A stretch of 9,139 bases of DNA. Origin: Selaginella moellendorffii (lineage: Eukaryota; Plantae; Lycopodiophyta). This document shows positions 6,992 to 9,139 of the stretch, piece by piece (position 1 is the first letter of the stretch; each line of letters begins with the position of its first letter). The translations under genes and the position numbers were made by a program. Location of the stretch: positions 39,519 to 48,657 of the forward strand of contig NW_003314495.1 in NCBI RefSeq assembly GCF_000143415.4, given 5' to 3'. Under the pieces are notes generated by a model that ran no database searches, was not told the origin of the DNA, and saw only the letters and a list, made by a program, of their open reading frames with translations.

Positions 6992-8353
6992 CTACAAACC
7001 TTGATATACTGGAGGATAGCCAGACGAAGTTGGAGGAGGCCCATACGAAGCTGGAGCTGTAGGAACATAAGGAGGTGGCTGCTGATGCGTATACGGAGAT
7101 GGTGGTGGAGGATGAGAATAAGCTGCTGAATAGCCGGCCTGGGGAGCTGGAGATGGATATGTTTGTGGCGAATAAGGTCCAGGTCCATAGCTGGAATACG
7201 CTCCACTATGTGGTTGCTGATGCTGTTGCTGTGGTGGTGGATTGTAGTATGATTGCGACGAATATGGAGCCGCAGGAGCTGGATATGGGGCCGCTGTTGG
7301 TGGTGGAGCAGCGTACGGATAAGGCTGTGGAGCCGTGGAGTATAGCTGCGCTGCATATGGAGACGAGACCATCGGAGCTACTGGTTTTGGCTGGAAAGAA
7401 GATCCCAAGTAAGAAAAACAGTGTTGAAAGTATCAAGTCTAAAGCTTACCGTTTTCGTAAAGTGTAGAATGACCCGCAGTTCTCCGGCATATCTGCGAAA
7501 AGAAAGATCAAATGTAAGCTTTAGACTCTCCTGTTTCTTCTCGATTTTTGATACCTTCCACTCTTTGATGTCAGGTTCCACGTTGAATCATCATAGCCCG
7601 TGGTGAGAGCTTTGTCCAGCAGTATCCTAGAAAAAAATTTACGAGGGCCGCGTCAGGCATGACGTCCACGAGGAAACGCAAGCTACAAAAATCGCACAAC
7701 GCACCTTCCAGAGCCAATGAAGTCATCGAATGTAAGCGTGTTGCTGTTCCACACCTCCGCGTTTATCTCACGGAGCCCCTCGATGAGAGGCAGCACAAAC
7801 TTCTGGTTGAAGGACGGATTTCTTCCTCCATCTGCGGAAAAGAAAGTCTCTTAGCTCGTGATCAAGTAAAAAGCTAGCTACAGTGATCATGAGCTTATGA
7901 TCAAGAAAATGGAAGAAAACATTTTTCTAGCAAACAAGTGATCAAGCACAGCAAACCCAAAAAGAAAAAAAAAAGTGATCATGAGCGTATGATCGAAATG
8001 ACCGAAAAACTCAAGGAGCACAACAAACAAACAGGCAAACGAGAAATTTTCTTAGCTCGTGATCAAGCAAGCAGCTCCTTACCTGTGTCGGTCTTTGTCC
8101 TCAATTTGCTACTGGCATAAGTGATCACAACGTATGGATCCTGCCTCGACAGCCATTCCTTGTCTCTCAAATTCCTGCATCCTAGAACTGCCAAGACACA
8201 CAAAGAAGATTCTTAGCCGAATCACTCCAGGAAATTCGCTCCCACCAAAGAGAAATAGAAAATGGGAGCGACAGTGCCACCGACAGGGCGCCAAGATCTG
8301 GAATTCCACTCACCATTGATATCGAGGAGCTGCCCTTGCACGCCCGCCGCCAT
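6992..8353 (-). CDS. C2 (CaLB) domain protein with a Pro/Tyr/Gln-rich low-complexity C-terminus (ERG/AT4G34150-like); exons 8353-8314, 8187-8083, 7831-7705, 7626-7555, 7492-7450, 7390-6992; 261 aa
   Basis: All five introns are GT-AG and phase-consistent. The spliced product is MAAGVQGQLLDINVLGCRNLRDKEWLSRQDPYVVITYASSKLRTKTDTDGGRNPSFNQKFVLPLIEGLREINAEVWNSNTLTFDDFIGSGRILLDKALTTGYDDSTWNLTSKSGRYAGELRVILHFTKT followed by a PY-rich tail. It has the typical C2 motifs DPYV, NP.FN and DDFIG. Confidence 0.93.
7841..8070. repeat. Degenerate tandem repeat within C2-gene intron 2
   Basis: CTTAGCTCGTGATCAAG at 7850 and 8051; GTGATCATGAGC(T/G)TATGATC at 7883 and 7976; a partial unit near 7938. Confidence 0.7.
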
Positions 8354-8476
8354 TCCCTCTCGCGCTTCCTCGATCGATCGATCGATTGAATCACAGCCGC
8401 CCTAGTTTTTTCCCATTATATGTGAATGCCGCCGGACTGCGTCAATGCCGGCGAATATTCCATTCCATTCTATGTT

Positions 8477-9139
8477 TCACAGCTCCACGCGGAGGATATT
8501 GTTTTGGTTCATGCTTTTCATCGATACTTCTCGCCTATGATCTATTTGCCATTCGCCATCTACGACGAACTTCATCTGGGCCAAAGAAGAAAGAAAACGT
8601 TTTCTTTTTATCAGCCATCATCGATCGAAGAGAACTTTTGAAACTCGTTACCTCGTACACGCCAGGATAGAGCCATAGCTCGGTCTCCCACAACAACGGA
8701 CCTCTAGAAAAAAAACCTTGGAGTTTAGCAAAAGAGAAACAAGCCGACAGTGATAAATTCACCTTGATCCGTCTGGTTTGACGATCTCGGACGAAAGATC
8801 GGGCTCCAGCACGAAAAAGTGCTGCCAGCCATTGAAGCTTCCAGCGAGCTCGACTTTGGAAGCTACACCCCACCACTCTATCTTCACCTGCGTTGACAAT
8901 CTTAAACGTGTCATGTCTGGAGAGAATTTTCGAAGTTTGTAGTACCTGTTTTAGATTCGCCAGCGCATGCTCCGCAGCGCTGAGTCGCAAGTCCTTTTCC
9001 ATGGACGCTTGCTTAGCCTGGGACAGTTCTGCCGTGGTCTTGGCTTGTACCAAAGCGAGTTGTGCCTGGAATTAAGAGAAAACTCTTTCTTTAGAACTGA
9101 AAAATAATAAGCGTTGATTCTTTCACCTTGGCCTCGTTC
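8477..9139 (-). CDS. PTST1: PROTEIN TARGETING TO STARCH 1-like (coiled coil + CBM48), 3' part; exons ...9139-9127, 9065-8946, 8887-8763, 8703-8652, 8575-8477; 5' end outside the window
   Basis: The spliced product is AQLALVQAKTTAELSQAKQASMEKDLRLSAAEHALANLKQ (coiled coil) followed by VKIEWWGVASKVELAGSFNGWQH...[26 protein letters not shown]...QNNILRVEL*. This is a CBM48 with GSFNGW and KF.VDG.W; the LWLYPG.YE motif is characteristic of PTST1. Splice phases are all consistent. Confidence 0.88.

Noticed and set aside
6988-7467. Overlapping ORFs 6988..7356 (-), 7075..7467 (+) and 7206..7436 (-)
   Set aside because: Shadow frames of the low-complexity Pro/Tyr-rich last exon of the C2 gene.
1-9139. 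CRISPR arrays, tRNA/rRNA genes, conserved plant miRNAs, or a functional gene cluster
   Set aside because: No regularly spaced repeats, cloverleaf or recognised mature miRNA sequence found by eye; the neighbouring genes have unrelated functions, as expected in a compact plant genome.

Overview
This is eukaryotic nuclear DNA from a land plant with a very compact genome: about six genes in 9 kb, mostly 50-130 nt GT-AG introns, telo-boxes and a 519-N assembly gap. A lycophyte such as Selaginella is my inference from style, not a database match. Because the genes are spliced, the ORF track is misleading, so I rebuilt gene models by hand from splice sites and frame continuity. (1) + strand group IIc WRKY transcription factor, 3 exons, 298-2134. 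(2) - strand 2-exon gene, 4440-3373, 328 aa: an organellar-type presequence, an acidic linker, ONLY the N-terminal RT0/RT1 segment of a group II intron reverse transcriptase/maturase, and a basic tail. (3) + strand small organelle-targeted protein from 4648, with several candidate alternative 3' exons. (4) - strand class III peroxidase interrupted by the gap, 6623-5415. (5) - strand C2/CaLB-domain protein with a Pro/Tyr-rich tail, 6 exons, 8353-6992. (6) 3' part of a - strand PTST1-like coiled-coil + CBM48 gene ending at 8477. The most interesting item is the apparently intact, spliced, nuclear 'RT0-only mini-maturase'. Secondary items are a cryptic spliced unit at 2404-2821, structured elements in WRKY intron 1, in-frame uORF architecture, and extremely tight or overlapping gene junctions.
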